Origin: a virus | Lineage: Duplodnaviria; Caudoviricetes | IMG/VR virus record: IMGVR_UViG_3300033076_000737 | Coordinates: 1 to 25,255 of that record | Length of the DNA stretch: 25,255 nucleotides | Strand: one strand, 5' to 3' | Shown here: positions 1-7,600 of the stretch, piece by piece | Position numbering within the stretch: position 1 is the first letter of the stretch | Layout of the letters: every line of letters starts with the position of its first letter | The notes under the pieces: generated by a model | What the model was told of the DNA's origin: nothing | Seen by the model: the letters and a program-made list of their open reading frames with translations, nothing else | Database searches by the model: none | Translations under genes and position numbers: made by a program

Positions 1-1317
1 AGCGGGTTGTACTGCTCTGATGGCTGGATGGATCCAGACTATTCCAGCACGGCAATGGGGCATGATGTAGACATCACGACGGCTATTGAGTCACTGAGTC
101 TGTCGCTTGGTGAGGATGGCAGAACGAGTCTTGAGATGACAACCCGTGTCAAGCGTCTCATTGACCTTGGGGTATCTCAGCCAACCATCACGGGTGATAG
201 ACCGATTGCAATACAGCTCAAGTCAAACCATGCAACAAAGCAATGGGTAGACCTATTTCGTGGGACACTTAGCCCACCAGAAATCGTGTATGAACCTGGA
301 GAAGGTGGCCCGCAGTTTAGCCTACTACGTTTCACGGGTGAAGACCGATTCGGTGACTTTGATGTATCAATGTGCCAAGAGTCTGTACCGCTTGATGGCG
401 AGAGTATTGGCGGGGTGTTTTATAACATCATGCCACTGGCTGGTTATGACCCTGCCGTATATCTTCAGCAGAACCATAGCAGTACATTTACCGTGCCACA
501 GAGTGCAGAGATATCAAAGGCTGGATATGCCTTCATTCCGAAGCGTGGAGACTATCCCGGCGGTGTCCTTCAACAGTTCCGCGATACTTATCTTGCGAAC
601 TATTACATGGGCTGGAAGCCTACCGCACTCGGAACTCCGGTAGGTGGTTATATGCTGGCTATCTCAGACCCTGCATATGTTGGCAATGCCATTGCCGTGA
701 CGCTTTACCAGTCTACTTACGATGCCATTGCTTACGGTTCATATACAGCAGCTCAGGGTGCGAAGCGCACAGTTCGTAACATGAAGAGGTACTTTGAAAG
801 CCCAGAAGCAAACCAGATTGCTGTGATTGGTGCAGACCCTAAAACCAATCAACTGCTTTACAACTTTGCTTACGTTGATGTCAATAGCCAAGACCCAACC
901 TACGCACCATCTGCAAGGCCTCAGAACTGGCGTGGACGGCCTGTTGAGTACATCTTGAGTGAACCATCCCTAACGACCCAAACAGCGGTAAATCAGGCAG
1001 CTGAACTTCTCGGCGATAGGTTAATCAATGGACGGCAGTTGATTGAGTGGGAGTCTGACCTTTTGACTTATCAGGATGTAGATGACCATCTAAACGTTGT
1101 CTGGATTGGTGATGTTGTTGAGATTCTTGAAGAGTCAGACCCTAACAATCCGCTAGACCCTCCGGCGGTGCTTGGTACATATCAGGTCGTGAGTATTCCG
1201 CAGATGCAGTTCGTCAAAGAGCAGGTTACGGATAACACATTCACGCTGAGGCAATGTGTATACAAAGGCATCTATAAGTCTGGTGTAACGTCTTACATTC
1301 CGGGGCCGGGAGAGTAA
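1..1317 (+). CDS. Tail/baseplate hub-like virion protein, 5'-truncated
   Basis: The frame is open from base 1 (AGC GGG TTG...). The C-terminal segment EPSLTTQTAVNQAAELL...WIGDVVEI resembles tail-tip/hub proteins. It is TAATG-coupled to the next structural gene and lies upstream of the lysin. Confidence 0.5.
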   Translation, partial: SGLYCSDGWMDPDYSSTAMGHDVDITTAIESLSLSLGEDGRTSLEMTTRVKRLIDLGVSQPTITGDRPIAIQLKSNHATKQWVDLFRGTLSPPEIVYEPGEGGPQFSLLRFTGEDRFGDFDVSMCQESVPLDGESIGGVFYNIMPLAGYDPAVYLQQNHSSTFTVPQSAEISKAGYAFIPKRGDYPGGVLQQFRDTYLANYYMGWKPTALGTPVGGYMLAISDPAYVGNAIAVTLYQSTYDAIAYGSYTAAQGAKRTVRNMKRYFESPEANQIAVIGADPKTNQLLYNFAYVDVNSQDPTYAPSARPQNWRGRPVEYILSEPSLTTQTAVNQAAELLGDRLINGRQLIEWESDLLTYQDVDDHLNVVWIGDVVEILEESDPNNPLDPPAVLGTYQVVSIPQMQFVKEQVTDNTFTLRQCVYKGIYKSGVTSYIPGPGE

Positions 1318-4223
1318 TGGCAACCTATATAGACCGAAGCCGTAAGAGTGAGGTTACCTGTTCGATTGCCAGTAACCTGCGAGTTCATGTCTACCCGTCT
1401 GACATCCCTACACCTGATGACCTAGATATATATGGGCCTGTATTTGGAACGCTAACCTTTGGATCTAATCAACAATCCGGAAGCGTCTTGATATATGGAT
1501 GGGGCAGTACTTCGGGCTTTGGTACATCTGCTTGGACGTGGCAAGTACGTGCCGATGTGATGACCAATAATGGATTTGGAGTAACAAGCACATCCACTTT
1601 TGTTCTTCAATCTGGCACAGGTACGGCAGCAAATGCGCTCATCGGAATCAGTGTAAACGTAGGCGCCTTGAGCATTGCATGGACTGGCACAGTAGACCAA
1701 AGCACAGTTTATTGGGATATCACACAGGCGGCTTTCGGCGGTGCTGGTTCTGATTATCCAGACATTACCTACGACTCATATGAGACTAGCAACGTAGGCG
1801 GTACTGCTACGGCAAAGATTGTAATCAACGGGCAAACCAAGACAAGCTCAGGAGTCATGGCCAGTGCTTCACCTATGACATGGGATTTGCGCCTTGGTCT
1901 TAGGATGTGGAACAACACCACCGTCGCTCAAACCTTGACGGTATCTCCGGGTGTGTGCAACGCCATCAGCCTCACAAGCAGTGTGCCGGGATATAGCCAC
2001 TCCTACGTTTCTCAGGTGGCCACAGCAACGCAATATGTAGTGACTGGCTTTGGTAATACGCTCCCAGCGGCAAACATCACTGGAACGACCAACATTACAC
2101 TGCGTCGCTTGATTCGGATGAAGGGCAGGATTCGCAGCTACAATCTCAATTATTACGATGACCTTGATTGCCGCATCACTGGCTTTGATATGCCGCTCGG
2201 ATATAGGGACATCACTGCAACCGCTGGACAGTTCCAAGAGGATGCAGCCTTCCTAAAGACCTACGTGCAGACAACCATACAATCTTGGAATGGTAGTGGC
2301 ACGGTAACGCAAAGCAACAGCCAGACGGTAGACACAATCCCCACAAGCATATCTGCCGATATCAAAGCATCAAGCCTTGAAGCTCTTGGTGATGACAGCA
2401 CAAACACAAAGATATCTTTCCGTGGTTGGTCATTTCCTGGCGCGTCCGTCATACAGGCAGATGAGACAAACGTTTCCATCGGATCCATTGCAGACACTCG
2501 AACCTTTACGCATCCCGGCTTTGGGTTGAACTCATACCGATATCTAAAGGTTCAGCTCAAAGCACCAAGCGGTACAACGCACAACGGCACAATAAGCATC
2601 AACTACGAACCCAACAACATGACAAAGTCATGGGAGGTAAGCACCAATAGTGCAACCTTCATCGATGTCTATCTTGACCTGTGTAGTCCTCATAACAAGA
2701 CATCTACACTTGATGAAACCGACCATCCATACCCAAGGATGAATCCGTTAGACCCTAATAACACTACACAGATGCAGGATGGAGACTATTGGGGAATCAC
2801 TCGCATTACGCAGATTGCGCTTGGGCATACTGGCTTAGTGATGGGCGATATCAAGCTTGTGGTTCAAGGCCCTGATTCAGACTACACCAAAGGGTACTGG
2901 ATGCCTGCAAGGGCATGGAATAAACAGCAGTTCACAACGTTTGCAGGCGTGACATATACGACCAATCGCCACTTCTTGGCTGACTGTCAAGGTAACAGTA
3001 TGACGGAAGAAGGTTGGGCAGTTTGGCAGTCCAGCCCAGCGACCAATACCATCAGCACGATTGCAAACTTTGTATCTGCAATCAATGCGGTGGATGGCAC
3101 TGTGAAGCGTCACCAAGGCTACACAGCGAGCATCAGTACACCGCTGGCAAATGCTACCTATATTCGTGATGGCTACTGCAACAGCACGACTGGACACGCT
3201 TACTGGTTAGGCGGGACAACATTCAAAACAGTCGGTGGTTCGGCTGAAATCAAGAACTGGATCGAGACCGACCAAAGCGATGACGGGCCAGAAGCCGACG
3301 TGTTAGCGCAGACGTACTTTAGATCAATCAATGGTGACTTTGTTCCGGATATGCTTGATGTTTTTCAGCAGGACGATGCAGGAGCCACTTGGCTTTCAAT
3401 AGGTGCTGTGTCGTACCAGCGTGGTCGCTCTCATGGGTTGGTTCTTGCTACCAATGCAGACCCGCTTGAAGCTGAGACCGTGCAGTTGGTGCTTGACTCA
3501 GACGGCTCTGTTCGTGGTTCTGGTGTATCGGATGTCATAGGGCGGTACTACACCGCACAACCGATGGGACTTGGACAGAAGAACCACAACACTATATGTC
3601 TGGCGCAGAATAGCGGAGACCCTGACCCACTCTATGTGAACAAGTCTTACCGCTTTGTCTTTAAGAATCCAGCACCTACGGGACACGTATTCTCAGCTGA
3701 TAGAAACCCGATATACGAACACTTCTATGCAACCGTGCAGAGTGGTGATGTGTCGTTGTGGCGAGCTAACGGCCCACTCGGAACAGACTACGTTGAGACA
3801 CCGACAACCATAACGGGAGTGACCGACCTTGCGATTCGATGCCTACGCAGAGATGCCGAGCTTGGAACGATTATCTTCACTCAGGAATCTGGTGGTCTCA
3901 AACGTTACTACACAAGCAACGATGGAGGAACTGTAAGCGTGGCAACAGTCATAAACTCAAGCGGATCTCATCCGGCTTTGGTGGTTGATAACCAAGGGCA
4001 GGAGATATACATCTGGCGCACTAGTGGTTCCGATATCCAAAGCAAGATTCTAGATGCTTCAGGAACCGTTGTAATGGCCACCACGACGGTTGTTACAGGT
4101 AACGTGGCTAATGACTCAATTGCAATCTATGAGCGTCTGGATGACCTATACATCGTATACAACCATCAGAGCAATGGCATCACGGTTGTTAGGTCGGTAG
4201 ATGGCGGTAGAACTTACGCCTAG
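1317..4223 (+). CDS. Large Thr/Ser/Gly-rich tail/receptor-binding protein (968 aa) with C-terminal Asp-box-like repeats
   Basis: Beta-rich composition, last gene of the tail module, with Asp-box-like motifs TSNDGGTV and RSVDGGRTY near the C-terminus. Confidence 0.55.
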   Translation: MATYIDRSRKSEVTCSIASNLRVHVYPSDIPTPDDLDIYGPVFGTLTFGSNQQSGSVLIYGWGSTSGFGTSAWTWQVRADVMTNNGFGVTSTSTFVLQSGTGTAANALIGISVNVGALSIAWTGTVDQSTVYWDITQAAFGGAGSDYPDITYDSYETSNVGGTATAKIVINGQTKTSSGVMASASPMTWDLRLGLRMWNNTTVAQTLTVSPGVCNAISLTSSVPGYSHSYVSQVATATQYVVTGFGNTLPAANITGTTNITLRRLIRMKGRIRSYNLNYYDDLDCRITGFDMPLGYRDITATAGQFQEDAAFLKTYVQTTIQSWNGSGTVTQSNSQTVDTIPTSISADIKASSLEALGDDSTNTKISFRGWSFPGASVIQADETNVSIGSIADTRTFTHPGFGLNSYRYLKVQLKAPSGTTHNGTISINYEPNNMTKSWEVSTNSATFIDVYLDLCSPHNKTSTLDETDHPYPRMNPLDPNNTTQMQDGDYWGITRITQIALGHTGLVMGDIKLVVQGPDSDYTKGYWMPARAWNKQQFTTFAGVTYTTNRHFLADCQGNSMTEEGWAVWQSSPATNTISTIANFVSAINAVDGTVKRHQGYTASISTPLANATYIRDGYCNSTTGHAYWLGGTTFKTVGGSAEIKNWIETDQSDDGPEADVLAQTYFRSINGDFVPDMLDVFQQDDAGATWLSIGAVSYQRGRSHGLVLATNADPLEAETVQLVLDSDGSVRGSGVSDVIGRYYTAQPMGLGQKNHNTICLAQNSGDPDPLYVNKSYRFVFKNPAPTGHVFSADRNPIYEHFYATVQSGDVSLWRANGPLGTDYVETPTTITGVTDLAIRCLRRDAELGTIIFTQESGGLKRYYTSNDGGTVSVATVINSSGSHPALVVDNQGQEIYIWRTSGSDIQSKILDASGTVVMATTTVVTGNVANDSIAIYERLDDLYIVYNHQSNGITVVRSVDGGRTYA

Positions 4224-4224
4224 A

Positions 4225-4294
4225 TAAAAGAGGCGGTGGGCGGCGAAGATGCAGTTGGGAGACCGCCCACCTAGTCAGGGAGATAAGGACTGAC
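4225..4294 (-). ncRNA. Candidate ~70-nt antisense sRNA with two UCUCC(C)-containing loops
   Basis: Extended -10 TGATATATT (minus, 4309-4301). 5' hairpin GUCAG/CUGAC (4294-4274), 9-bp GC stem 4271-4263/4243-4235, then a short U-run. Confidence 0.45.
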
Positions 4295-4311
4295 AAAAGG
4301 AATATATCACT

Positions 4312-4848
4312 ATGAATAGACCTATTGCACTTAGAGCCGCTAAAGAGGCACTCGATAATGTTGGTGTACAGGAAGTAGGAGATAACAGGGGCAAGGCAGT
4401 TGAGACATATCAACAGGCTTGTATTCCACCTGTTCCACCCGGTAGCCCTTGGTGTGCTGCCTTTGTTGTGTATCGCCTACGCAATGCCGCTCACGACTTA
4501 GCCATTGAGATACCAGCAGACTGGCCACGCTCGGCATACTGTCCGGATCATGGCAACTGGGCTCGAAGAACAAAGAACTGGTTATCGGCGAAGGATGCAG
4601 AAGCAGACCCTTCAAAGGTACGCATCGGTGACCTTGTGTGCTTCTGGTTTGCTCCGCTGAACCGTCTAGCACATATCGGTATCGTGACGGGTGTTTATCC
4701 TTGGGGTGTCAAGACCGTTGAAGGTAACACCAGTCCAGAGATGGATGATGAGGATGGCGTAGAGCGCAATGGTGATGGTGTCTATCGCAAGATAAGAGCA
4801 TGGCGAGAGCTCGGCAGTAACGGTGGTTTTGTAGCGATTGACTGGTAG
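4312..4848 (+). CDS. CHAP/NlpC-type cysteine-histidine peptidoglycan hydrolase (endolysin)
   Basis: PWCAAFV (catalytic Cys), GDLVCF, HIGIV (His) and TVEGNT motifs. AAGGA RBS upstream. Confidence 0.85.
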   Translation: MNRPIALRAAKEALDNVGVQEVGDNRGKAVETYQQACIPPVPPGSPWCAAFVVYRLRNAAHDLAIEIPADWPRSAYCPDHGNWARRTKNWLSAKDAEADPSKVRIGDLVCFWFAPLNRLAHIGIVTGVYPWGVKTVEGNTSPEMDDEDGVERNGDGVYRKIRAWRELGSNGGFVAIDW

Positions 4849-4871
4849 GTTCCATTTTGGAACTAACCACT

Positions 4872-4922
4872 AACTGTTTCCATTTTGGATAAGGTTGAAC
4901 TTGTAAGAAAACCTTACAAGTT
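4872..4922. repeat. 51-bp direct repeat copy 1, made of two 25-bp palindromes
   Basis: AACTGTTTCCATTTTGGATAAGGTT (4872-4896) plus AACTTGTAAG-AAAAC-CTTACAAGTT (4898-4922). A further GTTCCA-TTT-TGGAAC lies at 4849-4863. Confidence 0.9.
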
Positions 4923-4925
4923 GAC

Positions 4926-5020
4926 ACAAAAAGACCCGGCTGGTAGACCGGGTCTTTCTGTCGCTTACCAAGCACCAAATGTAGTTGTTGTTTCCAAACA
5001 TAGTCAGGATTGCTCCTGCC
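4926..5020 (-). ncRNA. Candidate ~95-nt sRNA
   Basis: TTGTGA-N18-TAAACT on minus (5056-5027), 5' CAGGA-GCAA-UCCUG GNRA hairpin, ending in the 4928-4958 terminator. Confidence 0.35.
4928..4958. terminator. Intrinsic terminator, probably bidirectional, between convergent late and leftward transcription
   Basis: Perfect 10-bp stem AAAGACCCGG/CCGGGTCTTT with an A-run on the left (U-run on minus) and TTT on plus. Confidence 0.75.
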
Positions 5021-5054
5021 GCTTGAAGTTTACACTAATCAAGGATTTCTTCAC

Positions 5055-5105
5055 AACTGTTTCCATTATGGAAAATGTTGAACTTGTAATGTTTCTTTAC
5101 AAGTT
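5055..5105. repeat. 51-bp direct repeat copy 2, made of two 25-bp palindromes
   Basis: AACTGTTTCCATTATGGAAAATGTT (5055-5079) plus AACTTGTAA-TGTTTCT-TTACAAGTT (5081-5105), 183 bp from copy 1. Confidence 0.9.
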
Positions 5106-5107
5106 CG

Positions 5108-5190
5108 AAAAAAAGAAACCACTGCTAAGTTACGTACACTTCGTCCGCTACAACTTGCGCCTTCACGGGTGTATATGGCAGTGGCTCATA
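5108..5190 (-). ncRNA. Candidate rod-shaped ~80-nt RNA with paired 5'/3' ends and U tail
   Basis: Closing stem GAGCCACUGC/GCAGUGGUUU, inner UACAC/GUGUA and CCG/CGG pairs, and a U7 tail. -10-like TACAAT and TGGTAGAAT lie upstream. Confidence 0.35.
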
Positions 5191-5218
5191 TGAGTCATTG
5201 TACAAACGGATTCTACCA

Positions 5219-5527
5219 TCACTCTTTGTCTTTGAATTCTGCTTCTGCTATTTCTTCGTCGGTAACCAATCGTGCTACAACTTTAAATGTTCCGTTCCAA
5301 GAAGCCATTGTCCACTGTTTGTGGGCACCTGGCTTCGTACTATCAAACCACAAGATGGAGTCGTCCTCAGCCATATTGAGTTGCTCGAGTAGTAAGTCAA
5401 AAATGTGCATATCATGAATGCAGTCCATGTCCCATACGTTATGATCATATGTTTCTCCTAATCCGTCATATTGTTCAGTTAAACCAACCGTACCCACCAT
5501 GTTGATTTTGTATGTATGTACTGTCAT
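5219..5527 (-). CDS. Hypothetical acidic protein (102 aa)
   Basis: ATG with AGGAG RBS. Last gene of the leftward operon. Confidence 0.7.
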   Translation of the reverse strand: MTVHTYKINMVGTVGLTEQYDGLGETYDHNVWDMDCIHDMHIFDLLLEQLNMAEDDSILWFDSTKPGAHKQWTMASWNGTFKVVARLVTDEEIAEAEFKDKE

Positions 5528-5541
5528 TGTTCTGACTCCTG

Positions 5542-6111
5542 TTACCCTATGGTCTTGATGGTTACTGCCTGAGTTTCTTCATGAACCACAAAACCTGCCT
5601 TCTTGGCATCGGCTGGATGCTCTAGCATGGCAGCCTTGATAGGCTCCGGTAGTTGGCTAACAAGGATGGATTCTTTCAGTTTGATGGCTGATGGGCAGTT
5701 CTTCCTTGCCCACTCCAAAGCCGTCTCCTCGGCCTCTACAGCAACCTTAGGGGCTATTGTTCTAAAGCCAACCGTGCCGTATGGACAAGTCCATGTTTTA
5801 GCCTTTAGCGTCCCGTCTGCTTTGCGTGGTAACTGAGACATTGCGTAGTCTTGCAGCTGTGCGTTGTACTGATGCTCCAGCCATTCAAGCCGTGCCTGAT
5901 GCTTCCCGATGAGTTTCCGGAAGTTCTCCACAATAGCATCCATCTTGGCTTTCTCCGCAAGGATGTTTGCCTCGATGTCCATACGCTTCCGCATAACCAG
6001 GAGCGCAAGGTCTTCAGGGCTTTCATCGCCCTTGATCCAACCAGACGCAGGGCCAGCATACTCGCCAGTCTCCTCATCCCACAGCTCGCCATCAATCACA
6101 TCAAATCCCAT
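5542..6111 (-). CDS. Mu Gam-like host-nuclease inhibitor / DNA end-binding protein
   Basis: Coiled-coil followed by KAKTWTCPYGTVGFR and a LEWARKN motif, as in Mu Gam/Gp157-like proteins. Operonic with ERF. Confidence 0.65.
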   Translation of the reverse strand: MGFDVIDGELWDEETGEYAGPASGWIKGDESPEDLALLVMRKRMDIEANILAEKAKMDAIVENFRKLIGKHQARLEWLEHQYNAQLQDYAMSQLPRKADGTLKAKTWTCPYGTVGFRTIAPKVAVEAEETALEWARKNCPSAIKLKESILVSQLPEPIKAAMLEHPADAKKAGFVVHEETQAVTIKTIG

Positions 6112-6336
6112 TTACTTATCTCCCATCAACTGTTCTGGTGTACCCTTGTGCCAGTACACGTCTTCATACCGATATTCAAAGCAAACCGCATCAAGGTTCT
6201 TTCCTGCTGGCCTTACCCAGTAGCCACGGTCATCCATCGTGACCATCTTATGGTTTGCATACTTACCATCGGTGTAGGTCATGCCGTACTGCATGGCTCT
6301 CTTGAGTAGGAACGCTGCCTCTTCTTTCGTTATCAT
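6112..6336 (-). CDS. Hypothetical protein (74 aa, MITKEE...)
   Basis: ATGA overlap with the upstream gene at 6336-6333. GGGAGG RBS. Confidence 0.65.
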   Translation of the reverse strand: MITKEEAAFLLKRAMQYGMTYTDGKYANHKMVTMDDRGYWVRPAGKNLDAVCFEYRYEDVYWHKGTPEQLMGDK

Positions 6337-6551
6337 CTCACTACCTCCCAATCGTCTCTAACCTTCTGCGCTTCCTTATCGTATAGATCCATTACAGGCG
6401 GGCAGTATGTATATCGATTACCTGATGGTAGATGCACAACAAGATGGTCTTCACCAATGGCTGATAGCCTGATGATCTTGCCAGACTCCCAAGCCTTACG
6501 CCTTATACCCATACCCTCAAAGAGCCGAGGATAAACCTGTCCAAATGTCAT
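6333..6551 (-). CDS. DUF2829 / Tad2-like protein (paralogue 1)
   Basis: MTFGQV..L.EG..IRRKAW...MDL...DDWEVV matches the DUF2829 pattern MxFxxAlxxLxxGxxVxRxxW...DxLAxDWxxv. Confidence 0.6.
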   Translation of the reverse strand: MTFGQVYPRLFEGMGIRRKAWESGKIIRLSAIGEDHLVVHLPSGNRYTYCPPVMDLYDKEAQKVRDDWEVVR

Positions 6552-7033
6552 CGCTGTAAAGGTCTCCCCGGTGCTGGTCTTACTGGCTCATCTATTACGA
6601 TGTTGCCCTGTGGGCCTCTACGGAACGATTCCTGAGGCTTTACCGCCTCGTTGGCATCATCATCCTCATCTGCTGATATTGCGAGCAGAGCGGACACGGA
6701 ATATCTGCGGCCATAAGTAAGAGCTGAACCAAGACCGTGAGCGTCTGGCTTGGTTACCGGGATGGTTACTGTCGTTGCAATCCATTCACCACTTGTATGG
6801 ATGATTCGAGACTCTACGGTGACAGCCTGAAGTGTCTCAGGTTGTTGGCTACCCTGTGTCAGCATCAGTCCGTTTGATGTAAGGATAGGACGCAGTGTGT
6901 CAAGGATGCTGTCAAGCGTTACGTACTTTGAGCGGAAGGCAGGGTTCTTGCCTTCTTTGATGATGCCCTGCATCTGGCTTTGTGCCTTGATGAGGGCGGG
7001 AGCGATAGCCCCGATGGTTTCCGATGTTGTCAT
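6548..7033 (-). CDS. erf: ERF-family single-strand annealing protein
   Basis: KEGKNPAFRSKYVTLDSI and GSALTYGRRYSVSALLAISADEDDDA signature. Confidence 0.9.
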   Translation of the reverse strand: MTTSETIGAIAPALIKAQSQMQGIIKEGKNPAFRSKYVTLDSILDTLRPILTSNGLMLTQGSQQPETLQAVTVESRIIHTSGEWIATTVTIPVTKPDAHGLGSALTYGRRYSVSALLAISADEDDDANEAVKPQESFRRGPQGNIVIDEPVRPAPGRPLQR

Positions 7034-7070
7034 ACTATTATTCTCCCTGCCCCCTTTCGGGGGCTTTTAC

Positions 7071-7250
7071 TCAAACGTACTTTTTGATTTCGCGATCAGC
7101 TGCTTTGATTGCATTTGCCATCGTTGCATATCGCTTCATGAAGCAAACCGAACCACCGAACGAACCACCGTTTAGGTAAACAACACGCGCCATCCACTCA
7201 CCGTGGTGTTCTGTAACTTGCATCATGTAGTTTCCGATTGTCTTTTGCAT
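7071..7250 (-). CDS. Small early hypothetical protein (59 aa, MQKTIG...)
   Basis: ATG at 7250 preceded by GGGAGATAAAGACA. First gene after the consensus promoter. Confidence 0.7.
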   Translation of the reverse strand: MQKTIGNYMMQVTEHHGEWMARVVYLNGGSFGGSVCFMKRYATMANAIKAADREIKKYV

Positions 7251-7285
7251 TGTCTTTATCTCCCGTACTACTGCGGTACACAATG

Positions 7286-7313
7286 ATTATACATCAATAA
7301 TATATATTGTCAA
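7286..7313 (-). promoter_or_regulatory. Consensus host sigma-70 promoter driving the leftward operon
   Basis: TTGACA-N16-TATAAT on the minus strand. Confidence 0.8.
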
Positions 7314-7348
7314 ACACTCGACGGGTGAGTATATACATATGGTATATA
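7307..7348 (+). promoter_or_regulatory. Divergent rightward promoter(s)
   Basis: TTGTCA-N17-TATATA (7307-7335), and TGGTATATA (7340-7348) 6 nt before ATG 7355. Confidence 0.45.
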
Positions 7349-7354
7349 GATTCC

Positions 7355-7576
7355 ATGATTCGAGGATTATCCCAGCAACAGCTGGCACGTAAAATTGGTG
7401 CAACCCAGCCACAGGTATCCGACTGGATGACCGGGAAGAAGACACCAAACAGCGGTAATCTTTCCAAGCTCGCTGAAGCCATGGACATGGCAGAGGAAGA
7501 CTTGGCAAGGTTGCTCACCATTCGTCGTAAGAGTCGGAATAAACCGACCGAACAACCAGAAACATTCGAGAACTAG
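7355..7576 (+). CDS. XRE/Cro-family HTH transcriptional regulator
   Basis: GLSQQQLARKIGATQPQVSDWMTGKKTP...LSKLAEAM is an HTH_3 pattern. ATG 7355 is probably leaderless. Confidence 0.85.
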   Translation: MIRGLSQQQLARKIGATQPQVSDWMTGKKTPNSGNLSKLAEAMDMAEEDLARLLTIRRKSRNKPTEQPETFEN

Positions 7577-7600
7577 ATAAGGTAATAGGGAGACAAGGCA

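Noticed and set aside
4872-5105. CRISPR mini-array
   Set aside because: Only two 51-bp imperfect copies separated by 132 bp. Sizes do not fit CRISPR and no cas genes are present.
5108-5190. tRNA or hammerhead ribozyme
   Set aside because: No T-loop/cloverleaf and no CUGAUGA...GAAA core.
4885-5193. 102-aa plus-strand ORF
   Set aside because: TTG start inside a palindrome, no RBS, and it runs through a terminator and both repeats.
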